A stretch of DNA of 64,000 bases, from NCBI RefSeq assembly GCF_009914755.1, contig NC_060931.1; one strand, 5' to 3'. This document shows, piece after piece, positions 41,133 to 61,680 of the stretch. The DNA comes from the human T2T-CHM13v2.0 reference genome, Homo sapiens. Every line of letters starts with the position of its first letter. The stretch's first letter is position 1. Both the position numbers and the translations under genes were made by a program. Below the pieces are notes generated by a model. It saw nothing but the letters and a program-made list of their open reading frames with translations, searched no databases and had not been told where the DNA came from.

Positions 41133-42474
41133 CCAGCTTAGGGGCAGCAGAAACTTGAGAAAAATCCAATAGGAGGGTTATTTGTTGGCTGGATACACCC
41201 TGAGGAGGCAGGTCAGACTCTGGAGCTGCTGGTTGGAGGAAGAAATGGGCAGGCCTGCCATGGATGGTTGTGTGGTTTGTGCACTGAACAAAGGCAACAG
41301 ATGGAAGGTGTAGGTGGGGCTGAATTCCAGTATGTGTTTTGCTGGCCAAGCCATGTGGCATGACATAGGCTTGCTTCTACCCAGAGGAAAGGATGCTTGT
41401 TTCTTTGCACAAAGATGCCTTCTCTCACCAGACTATGCATGCATAGTGCTGTATCTGCTCGTTTGCATGAGGTTACTGTATAGGTTTGCAGGATCCAGGG
41501 CTTGTGGGCCAAAGTACTTGAGCTCTGGGAGCTGAGGGTGGAGATGGTCCACATCCCGGGGTCTGCACAATGCATTGTTCTCCTGGAGTGGAATGACTCT
41601 CCTCCTCTGAGTCAGCATCAAGACCACCTTGAAGCATGATTGTCAAACTGATTTTCAGGGCTCTGGCTTTCTGGTATACCACGCCCTTCTTCAGGGCTGA
41701 AACACTGGTCATTTTGTTAGCAAAATACAAATATTTCATGGTCTTCAAATAGATGGACATCTAAATCATTTATATTTTGAGATGATTAGTGACTGAGCTA
41801 CTTAATTCGTGCAAACAGATTCACCAAGTGCAGTCTGCAAGTCTTGCCAGGCTTGGCCCTGTGCAAGTTACAAGAATTTATCACCTTGTGACTATGTGTT
41901 GGCAAAGCTTTGATGGTAAGAGTATGTCTCTCTCTGTGAAAGATGTTCAAATCAAGTGGCCCAGTGGCTCTTCCATGCCTTGGAGGGAGCTGTGAAGAGT
42001 TCTGTAAGGGGTCCTAAAAGGGGGAAGGAAATCTGTGTCATGCCAAGTGGCTTGGCCAGCAAACTACACACTGGAATTCCACCCCACCTCCCACTTCCAC
42101 TTGTTGCCTTTGTTCAGTGCACAAACCACGCAACCATCCGTGGCAGGCCTGCCCATTTCTTCCTCCAACCAGCACCTCAGGAGTCCGACCTGCTTCCTCT
42201 GGGCCTATGCAGGGGGTTGCAGAGCAGCCTGAGATGGGGATGTGGAAGCTGAAGGGTGAGCCGAGAGCTCCCTGCAGCATATAGAGGATAGCCTAGTTAA
42301 GTAGAGCATAGCCCAGTTTAGGGGCGGCAGAAACTTGAGAAAGGTCAAACAGGAGGGTTATTTGTGGGCTGGATATGCCCTGTGGAGGCAGGTCAGACTC
42401 TGGAAAATGCTGGTTGGAAGAAGAAATGGTTAGGCCTGCCATGGATGGTTGTGTGGTTTGTGCACTGAACAAAG
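41133..42474. repeat. Three-copy local repeat: 41133-41368(+), 42033-42199(inverted), 42313-42474(+)
   Basis: Shared core GGCCTGCCA(T/C)GGATGGTTG(T/C)GTGGTTTGTGCACTGAACAAAG in all three copies. Confidence 0.95.
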
Positions 42475-42804
42475 TGCAAGGATGCTCCCCCAGCATGGGG
42501 TTCATCTGTCCTTGTTAAGTATGTGTGGAACATCCCTTGCTGGACTGGGGGTGTGTGCTGAGCACGCCATCCTCTGCTAGGCCACCAGGCTCTGATGTGC
42601 TTCTTGGACTCTTAATGGCAAAGGGTACCCTTCTGAGCCCCTAACCAGCATCACCCAGCTGGTTCCACAACTGTCCTCCTTCAGGAAAAGAGCATGGAGA
42701 GACTCAAAGCTCAAGTGCATTCTGGCAATCTTGAAGTTTAACCCTCATTAAGAAACTCCCTCATCCTTTTGTGTTCTGGATAATGGCTTACTGCAAAAAC
42801 CCCC

Positions 42805-44992
<2,188 letters not shown>

Positions 44993-45468
44993 AGACAGTC
45001 CTAAGAAAGCTATAGTCTCCTACCAGGGCCAGGATTGGTCATTTTGTCCTTCTGCTGATTGCCATGAGGCATGTAGGTAGACGTGCATCAGCTTTTGGGG
45101 TGGCACCGAATGCAGTCACAGGCACCCACCATCCCGATCTGGCCTGCTCTCAGGGACTAAGCACGTGCAACAGGGCTTGCATTTGAATGAGAACTCAATG
45201 TTTGGCATGAGAAGCAGTCAGTGACACCAAGAACCATCTACCAAATAGAAGCGGGCAGTGATGACACTAAGGATTTATGCGGAATCTAGACCCTTAGGTG
45301 GTAATTATTTTAAAAAATGCCACTTTATGTGTCCGAAAGAATACCAACAAGGTCTCAATTTATAATCCTCAGTCACACTTTTCGAAACCCTTTTCCCACC
45401 CTTGTTTGCATTTTCCACGGCAGATCCACAAACCAGTCCCTGCCAAACCCAGACTTTCTCCTCCTTAG

Positions 45469-46671
<1,203 letters not shown>

Positions 46672-47255
46672 TGAGATGAGGGAGGTAGGAGAAATCTCAC
46701 CTGTTAATAAATCTTGCTTCTGTCACATTGTCATGGGGGGCACAGCATGAAAAGGGCTTTAAGAGAAATCCAAACACAATGCTGTGGGGTTCTTGGGGTG
46801 AGCCGGCTCCACACGGTGCTGCCAAGGGCACTGTCTTGCTGCTAATCCATCTGCCCTGATGCAGGCCGAGTGCAGAGACCTGCAGTGGTGCATGCTGCGC
46901 TGGGGTCAGCTTCCAGATGTAACAAATGTGTTACAAGCCGGTTCAACCTCTAGCGATTGTAGGGTGAATTAGAGCTTGGAGAGCCATGGAGCTGATGGAG
47001 GAGTAAAGGAGCAAGAGGACTTCTTCCATGGAGGCCCTTCAGCCTCCATGGGTATGCTGGGTTATGAGGGTTTGCCGGCTGCCTTAGGCTGGGTTGGGGT
47101 GAACTGTGAAAATTCCTTGTGTTGGCTTACTGGCTACACATCCAGCTTGCAGCCCTGTGTCAGAACCCGGGCTGTGTGGCAGCTGGCAGTAATCTGGCTG
47201 GATGATCAGGCTTTGAATGTAGGCAGCCTCCCAGCTCCAGAACTTCCCTCCCCAC

Positions 47256-47257
<2 letters not shown>

Positions 47258-47303
<46 letters not shown>
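47258..47303. repeat. (AC)23 microsatellite
   Basis: Perfect dinucleotide run. Confidence 0.98.
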
Positions 47304-47306
<3 letters not shown>

Positions 47307-47366
47307 TTTGTTTCAGAAAAACATTTACTGGTCACCTATTTTGATCAGGGAAAACAATGTCTGGTT

Positions 47367-47438
47367 TGACCCCTACGTGATTTGAACATACAACCTTCTG
47401 ATCTGGAGTCAGACACACTACTGTTGCACCATGAGGCC
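47367..47438 (-). pseudogene. tRNA-Trp(CCA) pseudogene, 72 nt
   Basis: Minus strand GGCCTCATGGTGCAACAGTAGTGTGTCTGACTCCAGATCAGAAGGTTGTATGTTCAAATCACGTAGGGGTCA; anticodon arm TCTGA-CTCCAGA-TCAGA intact; 8 differences from recalled vertebrate tRNA-Trp, all at CpGs, affecting acceptor, D and T arms. Confidence 0.93.
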
Positions 47439-47518
47439 TGCCCTGGGCACCTACTTTGTACAGGGTACTGAAATACTGGGATGAATAAAGCCCAGTCCTT
47501 GGACTTCGAAAACTTCAC

Positions 47519-47908
47519 ACTTTTTTTTTTTTAATTTTTCTTTCTGTTGGTTATTTTGGAGCAGGTGGTGTTTGGTTACATGAGTAAGTTCTTTAGTGGT
47601 GATTTGTGAGATTTTGGCGCACCCATCACCCAAGCAGTATACACTACACCCAGTGTGTCATCTTTTATCTCTTACCCCCTTCCCACTCTTTCCCCGAGTC
47701 CCCAAAGTCCAATGTGTCATTCTTATGCCTTTGCATTCTCATAGCTTAGCTCCCACTTATAAGTGAGAACATATGATGTTTGGTTTTCCATTCCTGAGTT
47801 ACTTCACCTAGAATAATGGATTCCAATCTCATCCAGGTTGCTGCGAATGCCATTAATTCATTCCTTTTTATGGCTGAGTAGTATTCCATTGTATATACAT
47901 ACTACAGT
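47519..47908 (-). mobile_element. L1PB1-type 3' end, TSD GAAAACTTCAC
   Basis: GGTTACATGAGTAAGTTCTTTAGTGGTGATTTGTGAGATTTTGG motif; TSD at 47508-47518 and 47909-47919. Confidence 0.88.
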
Positions 47909-48025
47909 GAAAACTTCACCCTCTTGAGAGATCTCAACATTCACACAATGCACTATTCTGTGGTGCTCATTCATGTGGCTACATGTGCATGTCATCAATG
48001 TGATCAATAGCATTCTGTTGTATGA

Positions 48026-48411
<386 letters not shown>

Positions 48412-49145
48412 ATTAGCTTTTTTTTTTGCGTGGAAACATGCAATCATTTCTACTGGACTGTACCTAGGAGTGGAATTGCTGGGCCCAAGGGAAGGAGTAT
48501 TTTTTGCTGTAGGAGATATTGTCCAACTGTTTTGCAAAGTGGTTGAACTCATTTTGACTCCTACCAATGGTATATGAAATGGAATTGATATTTTGTGATG
48601 TTAAGAGTGGTTCTATGATTATTGCAGGTTTTTTTCTTTTCCATCTCAATGTACACTTCAGGAGACAGAGGCTAAGATGGGTGAAGGGACTCACCTTATT
48701 TCTTATAGCAAGTGAATGGAAAAGAGGAAATCCAAGCCCAGGTTGCCTTAATGCTAATAACCTGGGCCCTGTGCACCGCTCCCATTCCATCGGTACCATT
48801 AGTAAAAATGACCTATCCCATCACTACTTGATAAGTCTGCAGGGGAATGACAGGGGCCTGGGGTCCACCACTCCCAGCCTTGGAAGCCAAGGAGTCAGAT
48901 AGATGCTGGTCACCTCAACAGCACATAGCTAGCACCACATAAAGAAACTTTCCAACACGATTTCATTCTTTGCAGCTCTGGTTCCTACCTGACATGACTC
49001 TCAACCTCTCTCTGATCCTCCTAGATTGTGACTTATGTCATGTTCACTGTTACAGTGGTTCACTTTGAAACCTGAGCTCAACCCAATTTTCTAAATTGTG
49101 ACTGGACACCTCTTGTTGAGTATTGTAGCAGGAGCTACTGGCATC

Positions 49146-49980
49146 TTTTATGGGCTGAATTGTGTCTCCCTTAAATTCATATATTGAAGCTTTAATCCCT
49201 AGCACCTCAGAATGTGACTGCTTTTGGTAAATCTCTGAACTAGAATAAACATCACCTAGAAATTGTCTTAGTGCATTTTATGCTGCTATAACATAATTTC
49301 GCTGTTATTTGCCTTAGTCCATTTCATGCTGCTATAACATAATTTCGCTGTTATTTGCCTTAGTCCATTTCATGCTGCTGTAACAGATAACATCTTTGAA
49401 ATGAGGTCATTAGGGTGGGCCCTAATACAATATGACCAATATCTTTATACGAAGAGGGAATTTGAATGCAGACACACACAGAGGGAAGACCATGTGAAGA
49501 CAGAGGGAGAAGATGGTTATCAGCAATCCAGAGAGGCCTCAGAGGAAAACAGCCCTGCTGACTCTTTGATCTCAGACTTCCAGCCTCTAGAATTGTGAGG
49601 AAATAAATGTCTGCTGTTGGCTGGGTGTGGTGGCACATGTCTGTAATCCCAGCACATGGGAGGCTGAGGTGGGAGGATTCCTTGAGGCCAGGAGTTCAAG
49701 ACCAGCCTGGGAAACAAAGTGAGACCCTGTCTCTAAAATAAATAAATACATAAATAAAATTAAAAAAGTAATCAGGCATGGTGGTGCATGCCCATAGTCC
49801 TATCTACTCAAGAGTCTGAGGCAGGAGGTTTCCTTGAGCTCAGGAGTTTTATAGCAAGCTATGATCACGCCATTGCACTCCAGCCTGGGCAACAGAGTAA
49901 GACCCTACTTCAAAAAAAGTGTGTTGTTTAAGCTTCTCAATCTGTACAACTTTATTATGGCAGCCCTTACAACACATATA
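49146..49980 (+). mobile_element. MLT1B-type LTR containing a foreign insert (about 49219-49390) and AluJ 49619-49918
   Basis: CCTCAGAATGTGACTG resumes as AAATGAGGTCATTAGGGTGGGCCCTAAT after the insert. Confidence 0.85.
49267..49385 (+). repeat. 46-bp tandem repeat, about 2.6 copies
   Basis: CTTAGTCCATTTCATGCTGCTATAACATAATTTCGCTGTTATTTGC units start at 49267, 49313, 49359. Confidence 0.97.
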
Positions 49981-49989
49981 GTATCTCTC

Positions 49990-50776
49990 CTATATCCTGG
50001 GATATTTTCCATGTACCACCGGGACTTCTGACTGCCAGCATTATCTTTTTGTCTGAGGACTTTCTCTGGTCAGGTCCAACAGGCCATATGTGCTAGAAGA
50101 TTACCCCCCAAGCCCTTCAGCAGCCTTCACCAATGATGGCAGGAGGTGGAGGAAAAAGTACCCCTGCTTCCTTACCCCTCTGCCAGGAAGCTCTGAGATA
50201 TGTATACTCTACATTGTGTCCCAAAGGCCCTCAGGAAGATGGAACTCAATTGCTCACGCTGGTAACCTGCATGATGACTCACCCTTCGGTGGCTTCCTTC
50301 TCTTCCCTGTCTTGCTTCCCCACTCCCTACCAGAGCTTCCTAGAATCACATCTTAGTCAGTTCCTTCTACTAAAATGAGAATACCTTAGACTTAGTAATT
50401 TATAAACAGGAATTTATTGCTCACAGTTCTCGAGGCTGGGAAGTCCAAGATCCAGGCGGCAGCAGATTCTGTGTCTGGTGAGGGACTGTTCCTCATAGAT
50501 GGCTCCTTTTTGCTGTGTCCTCCCATGGCAGAGAGGGAAAGACAGCTCCCTTCAACCTCTTTCATAAGAGCACGAGTTCCATTCGTGAGGGTGGAGCCCT
50601 CATGACCATGTTACCTCCTAATTACCTCTTAATACTGTCACATTGGGATTAAGCTCCAACATGTGAATTTTTGGGGGACACCAACATTTAGATCACAGCA
50701 GATCACCTCCCAGATAAGCTACTTGCTTTCTAATCTTTGTCTCAGGCATTTCTTCTGAGGGATTAAAACTAAGACA
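49990..50776 (+). mobile_element. LTR16-type (ERVL) LTR with nested MST/MLT1A LTR about 50349-50700(-)
   Basis: Ends CTCCCAGATAAGCTACTTGC...AAACTAAGACA; nested MaLR motifs. Confidence 0.7.
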
Positions 50777-51098
50777 ACTATGGCTTATGGCTTCCTTTCA
50801 ATTCTGAGCACCCAAGATAAGCACCCTTTGCAGTTGAACTAAGGCTCTGCAGTCTTCTCCCTCTGTGTGACCTTGAGTCAGCAGTCCCACCAGCTCTTGG
50901 CAGCCAGTACCAGGGACTGTGTCTAGACATTCTCGATTCCACCCAAGGGTCTGGCATCCAGATACTCCTTGCATAAGAAAATGTCTTCTCATATAAGACA
51001 GGGCTGAAACTTCTGAGACAATATTGGGAACTTGTAAGTCTCATGGAAACATGTGCTTTTGGTATATCCCTGAGTTGGAATGAACACCATCTAGTAAT

Positions 51099-51779
<681 letters not shown>

Positions 51780-52239
51780 TGAGAAACTGACAGAATGACC
51801 AATTTACTATGGATCTTTTCTGCAATATCTTTCATTTCCTTCCTACTTTTCATTCATCTTCTTTTGGTTATTTCTCCATGGTCCACACATAGTGTCTCTA
51901 GTTTATTTTCCTGCTGGGGCACGTCTTATTCTGATACACAAGGGGAGTTCACTAGAAGATGGAGGTATTTTTCTTTGAATTACAACTGCAGCTGAGAGGC
52001 TGGCGGTGGCTTTCTTCCAAGGACTTTTATTTTCAGTACCATAAACTTCTCTACCACAGTGAAGAAGAGGCCATCAAAAGCCTGTTTATCTGCAGAGCTA
52101 AAAGCCTAGGAGCTATCCTTATTTATAGGAGCCTGTGAACGTTCATGATATTGGGTGAGGAATAAAATTGCAGCAAACCTGCTACTGCTTGAGTGTCAAG
52201 AAATCTGTGTTTTGCAGGCTGTTCCGAGACCAGCAGAGA

Positions 52240-53700
<1,461 letters not shown>

Positions 53701-56223
53701 GATTCAAAGTACAAGAAATACATTTTACATTTATATGCTCACATGCACATATAAACACATATTAAACTACACAAACATTCCATAAATGTGTAGCTTTCCT
53801 GCATGTGAAAGACTATTTGATCTGTTCAATTCCACACAGTGCTGGATAAGACCACTAAATTGATTTTTTGACCCACAAAGTGGTCATGGCCTGGAGTTAA
53901 AAACTTCTCTGGAGTGGGAGTGGTAGAGAGGTGCCAGTCAGCGGAAAAAGAGTGAAGAAAAGATAACCAGACTGTACAATTTTGGCTTGTCCCTGCTGCA
54001 TTCACCTGCTGAACAAACAAAATCTAATCTTGGATACCACAGTACATCTACCCAACACACAGAGAGAATGTCAACTAAGACACACTCAGATTTACAAGAA
54101 AGCATAGTTTGGCATAGTTTTTGTTTAAGACTTTTTTCATGTTCAGTCTTGGCCTTTGATTCTAAAGATGTGATTCAGAGCTGGGATACCTCTTTTCTAC
54201 CAAAGAGGAGGTGACTTGACCAATGGTCAAGATGGTGCCTATCTCACAGACGAGGTTAGGGCAGACATGGAAAGACAATATCAGTTGACATAGGTTAAGT
54301 TAGTAACAACCCCAACATCTCAGTGGCTTAACCCACAGAGATTTATTTCTTGCTCACTGTAAGTCCACTGAGAATTTGTGGACTCTGCAGGTCAACTCTT
54401 CTCCATGTGGTGATTCAGGGATACAGGTTCCTTTGATCTTGTGGCTCCGTCTCAACATGAGGTCCCCTTTGTGATCCAGTGATGGGAGTGGGAGCCAGGA
54501 GATAGTTGGGGGGTTATGTTTTGGCCTGAAAGCAATACATATTACTTCTTTCAAACTCACTGACTAGAATCAGTCCCTAGAACATGGACCTATTTAACTG
54601 CAAGGCAACTGAGAAGCATAATCATCCATCCACCTTGAGGATAGGAGAAGTAGGCAAATTGGTGCAATGTCTTTACAGTGATGTCTTCAAAGACTTATAA
54701 CCTGGAGGATGCCTTTCCTCCAGCTCCACAGATCTCCCTTACACTCCCTGCCACCTGCAGCCACTTGTACACACCCATTTTTCTTCCTGCTCTGTGGAGC
54801 CCAGTTCTTGCTCCAGCAGTAGAGTTGAGTCTGGGGAACTTTACTCTTGTTTTTCCCCATGCCTTGGCTTTGAATAGATGAAGAATTCAGTGGCACTTTG
54901 CCTGCCTCTTTGGAAGTACGTGAGAAGATGGCTCTGGGCCAGAGAAAGTGGGAGATTGAGAAGCTTGGCTGGGTTAGTAGTTTAGCCCTAGGTGGTCCTG
55001 CTTAAGCAAGAACACTTCTACAAGGACTGGCTCACCAGGAGACAAGGCCAGACATGTCAGAGAAGGCCCTAGAATTCATCAACTGTTTAACCATCTGTCT
55101 GAAAGTGGGCAAGGTCACTGACAATTCTTTTTATTGCCAGTCTTCTGTGCTAGCCTGAGACTTTCCCAAAGGGAGAGGGGCCTTGGCTGCAAAGACAGGC
55201 TTGAGTTTTCACTCTCCCAACCCATCCCTCTTCATACAAAGCTCTCTGCATAGGTTTTATGAAAATACGACTGTCGTGCGAGTGAGGACATCCCATGTGT
55301 AAGCCTTCTGCCGGCTCCAGCAATAAAGAATTCGGGCCTTATTTATAGGGCTGCCTCCAGGATCTGACAGGAAGAATTGAGAATGCTGCCAGGGTGCGAA
55401 ATGAGATTTCCCAGAAAGCCATTCAGTGGGCTAAAGGGGCCTCTGGGGAGAGAGAGGAGACAGGCAAGGTGAATCAGACAGAATGATCGGGGTGGCAGCC
55501 TGTGGCGGGGGACCCTCCCTCCTCAGAAAGAGGGAAGACAGAAGAACCTTCCTGAAGCTCTTTCTCTAATCAAAGAAGCCAAACATGTTCTCAAGCATCC
55601 AGGGGCTTTCTAGAGGACACCTTAGCCTCAGGCAACTGGGCATTCCTCTCCTCTCCCCTCCTCTGAGTGTCCCTCCTGTCTCCCCTTCCTCATCCCTCCT
55701 CCCCTCCCTCCCACTTCCTTCTCCTTCTGTGTTCCCTCCCCTCTCTCCTCCCCTCCCCTGTCTTTTTCTTTCATCATATTCTCTCCCTCTAGGCATCAGG
55801 GCTGTTCATAAATGGCTCTCTCTCCTCTGCACTTCTGCTCCAGTTTGAAATGAGGTTCGCTCATGTGTTTTGTTTTGGCCAGTGGAGTGGGAGTGAATGT
55901 TTTGTGTGCAGATGCTTTAAGAGCCAGTGTCTGTGTTGCCCACTTCTTTTTCTCTGCCACAGTGACCAGCAATGCTTGAAATGCTGGCTACCCCATTGGC
56001 CTGGGGCCTGGAAGCAGTGTGACATAGCTGACCCTGGCTAAATGTGTAGCAAGAAAGAGAACAAATGTTTGTTGTTTTGTGCCACTGAGATTTGGGGGTT
56101 GTTTGTTCCTGCAGCATAACCTACCTGACACTGACTGATACACTCTCCATGCCAGAACCTTGGAATGACTTGTGCTTCTGCAAGAGACATTTAAGTGGCC
56201 AGATGTCTCTTTCAATACAGTGC

Positions 56224-56631
56224 TGTGTTAGATTATTCTTGCATTGTTTTTAAATAAATGCTTGAGATTCAGTAATTTACAAAGAAAAGAGGTTTAATTG
56301 ATTCATGGTTCTGCAGGCTGTACCGGAAGCATAGCTCTGGCATCAGCTTCTGGGGAGGCCTCAGGAAGCTTCCAGTCATGGCAGAAGCTGAAGCAGGAGC
56401 AGACATCTCACATAGTAGGAGCAAAAGCAAGAGAGTCACACACTTTAAAATGACCAGATCTTGCGAGAACTCACTCATTATCATGAAGGCAGCACCAAGG
56501 GGATGGTGCTAAACCATTCATGAGAAATCCACCCACATGATCCAATCACCTCCCACCAGGCCCCACCTCCAACACTGGGGATTACGACTCAACATGAGAT
56601 TTGGGTGGAGACAAATATCCAAAGTATATCA
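56224..56631 (-). mobile_element. MSTA/B MaLR solo LTR
   Basis: AAGAAAAGAGGTTTAATTG, GAGAACTCACTCATTATCATG, CCCACCAGGCCCCACCTCCAACA. Confidence 0.88.
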
Positions 56632-57294
56632 CTGTACCCAGCTCTTTTTAATAACCACAAAGTGTGGTCTGGGGGACAGGGAGATAGAGGACAGTTCTTT
56701 GACCTGCCAAAGTTCGTGGGAAAGCTTCGAGATGTGTTCGTGTTGGGAACCTACCTAGCCACGTTCCTGTCATCGTGATGTTCCAGGGAGAAGTCAATGT
56801 CCCAAAGTGTAAGAGTTTTTCTCATTCTCTGGCAGTAAATGATTCTTAACCTTTACACCCGACAGCTCTTACGTGGGGATTTATGTGGTGCTTACTTCAA
56901 ATGTGGACTGGCTCTCTTTCGCTCCATTTCCTTGTCAGTTGGGGCTTGGAAGAGGCAATTCTTTTTCTGGTGCTGAGGAATAGGTTTCTAGCCCAAATAT
57001 TCATTTTTTTTTCTTTTTTGTTTTGCTGCTTTGACTGTCTGCTGCTTTTGGATTTTAAGATTGATTAATCTCTTCCCTGAAACCTTACCTTTTTTTTTTC
57101 CCCCTGGATACAGTGTTGTGGGGTCTCTGACTGGAACCTCTGAAGGTCAAGGGCGTGGAGAGAGGGCCTGACAATGCCTCTTAAGACCAGTCACTCATTC
57201 CTTAGTGCAAGCGCCCTGCCAAGGGTGGGGACACAGAAACTGGAAAGCATGAACCCTCATGGGGGCCATGTCTGTCCTGAGATCCACCTTTTTC

Positions 57295-58205
<911 letters not shown>

Positions 58206-58421
58206 AGGGTTGTACCCTATGGACTACCTGTGGTCCTGCCTTCATCACAGTTATGCATGCTGCATCCCTTGGAGCCCATACCTGGAATTGTCTGGTCATG
58301 CCAGAGGGTCATGATGGGTCACAGCAAGGCCACGTGGCTTTAGAGCAACCAGAAGAGGAGGATTCAGAGGACTTTGAGGACTTAGTGGGAGAGGGTGGGA
58401 AAGGGACTCAGGGCGAGAAGG

Positions 58422-58780
58422 TGTTATGGACTGAACATATGTGTTCCCCCAAATTGTATATGTTGAAACCTAATCTCCAATGTGATGGTATTTAGGAGGC
58501 AAGGCTCCTGAGAGGTGATTAGGTCATGAGGGTGGAACCCTCATGAATGGGATGACTGCCCTTCTAAAACAGTCCCCAGAGAGCTGCTTTGCCCCTTTTG
58601 AGGACACAGCAAGGAGGTACCATCTAGGAACTAGGAAGTGGGCCCTCACCCGACACCAAATCTGCTGGTGTCTTGATCTTGGACTTGGCAGCCTCCAGAA
58701 CCATGAGCAACACATTCATATTATTTATAATCTACCAAGTCTATGGTATTTTTGTCATAACACCTGAACCAACTGAGACA
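58422..58780 (+). mobile_element. MLT1A-type solo LTR, TSD GAAGG
   Basis: TGTTATGGACTGAA start, AACTGAGACA end; GAAGG at 58417-58421 and 58781-58785. Confidence 0.85.
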
Positions 58781-58811
58781 GAAGGGAGATGATGAAGTGT
58801 TTCTGGGAAGG

Positions 58812-59591
<780 letters not shown>

Positions 59592-60118
59592 GAAGGAAAG
59601 CAAGCAAGCAAGGGGAAGGGCTTAGTATACCGTGGTCATTGCAAGACAAGTGGCAGAGAGTTTGGAAAACTTTGCAATGGGGTGGAATGTCAGAGCCCCA
59701 AGTTCAGACAGGCGAGTTCAAATCCAGTCCCACCCCCTGCTGCTGTGTGACCCCTGGGCAGGGTTTTTAATGTCTCTGAGCTCCAATTTCCTCATCTGTA
59801 AAAACAAGAAGGATATCAGTTGCTCAGCAAGGGTGTCTTGAGAACAAAATGAAATACAGAATTAGAGGCATCTGGCACCCCATAACCTTGCATACATGAG
59901 TCTTGCTTTCTGAGATGGTGGGCTGCCTCTGTGGGCTGCAGATGGTGGGTGGTGTTTGTCACACAGTTGCACTGGAGCAGTCCCTTTATGTGGCCATGGC
60001 TTTATTAATCTGTCTGCATGTCTCACAGATCAAATCACAGTCCCTTAAACATCCGAATGCACTTCAGATTGCGCTTTCGAGAGATTGCCAACTCAAAAGG
60101 TTTAAGCTGATATGGTGA

Positions 60119-60519
<401 letters not shown>

Positions 60520-61429
60520 TTATGGCTTGTTTAGAACCTACTAGCTGACAGACACTGTGTCAAACACTTTCCTCTTATTACCTTGAATCCATAAAACAAT
60601 CTGCAGGGAAGTCATCTGTGACTTTCTTTTATAGAGGAAGAGTCAGACTCAGTGATATGACATCCAAGGTCACAGAGCAGTGAGTGGCCAACACCACTGA
60701 ATATTCTTTTCTTTCCTGTGTCTTCCATCCTCACCTCTTGACTACACCTACTTTGTTATCATGTAACCATGGTCTCTGCCTACCTCTTCCTCCAGGCTCA
60801 TCTCAAGGTCCATCTCTTTGGGGAACTCTTGGATAACCACTCCCATCTATAGGGATTTCCTTTTTCTCCATGTTTCCATAGCCTCATGGTTGGAAGCAAT
60901 TTATCCTTATTCTTTGTGCCCTGTCTTTGGGGCTCCTCTTCTCTCCTTCTGCTAACTCCCTGAACACCTGGGTGCAGATGTTCTCAGCTGCGTCATGAAT
61001 GTGCTAATGGCTGCCAGGTGTATATCTCTGGGACAGATTGCTGCTCAGAGTTCTGGGTCCATTTATTCTCCACCTCCTAGACTTTTGCTCTTCTCTCTTC
61101 CCTCCAATTCAGATCTCACTGGAATCAATATAGTCAGAACTGAATTCACCTCCTTCCCCTCCCAGCCAGCTTTTCTTCTGGCAATTCTGATTTGTCATCT
61201 CTCTTTCTCACTCCCAACATCTGATGTGGGATGGTCAACAGCTCATGTGAAGTTCAGACACTCCTCTCTATTGGTAAGGCTTATATGTCTTGGGTATTTC
61301 TTGGTGTCATTCAAGTATAGGCAAGATGTTGACCCCCTCCAGGGCAGATCAGACTCACTTCCCTGAATATACCCCGTCCCCAAGCCTGAGCTGGGCAGGG
61401 CCAGCTGTGGCTCCCAGCTCCTTCTCAAC

Positions 61430-61680
61430 CTGTCTCATTTTGCAGGAGCAGATGCTAAGATGGAATTTGGAGTGCAAAATGTTTATAGGGATCACACCTG
61501 TGCAAGAGGAATGGGGAAGAAGCAGCTGTGGGCAGAGACAGAAGTTGAATGGCAATGTGGACCCTGCATAGCCTGCAGCCAGGGCTCCTTGGAAACACCT
61601 GCATGGCATTACGTCCTTATCCCACAATCCCATCCACCCACCTGCTGCAAGCAGATACTCTCTCCAGCTCCCTCTCTCAA
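61430..61680 (-). mobile_element. LTR33-like ERVL fragment
   Basis: GGAGCAGATGCTAAGATGGAATTTGGAGTGCAAAATGTTTAT resembles an LTR33 end. Confidence 0.55.

Noticed and set aside
46803-46823. Possible REST/RE1 site around GGTGCTG
   Set aside because: Only a partial half-site matches
47367-47438. Functional tRNA-Trp gene
   Set aside because: Substitutions alter the invariant D-loop GG and weaken stem pairing
58253-58495. Acidic ORF segment EEEDSEDFED
   Set aside because: Short purine-rich stretch running into an MLT1A LTR; no recognisable homologue
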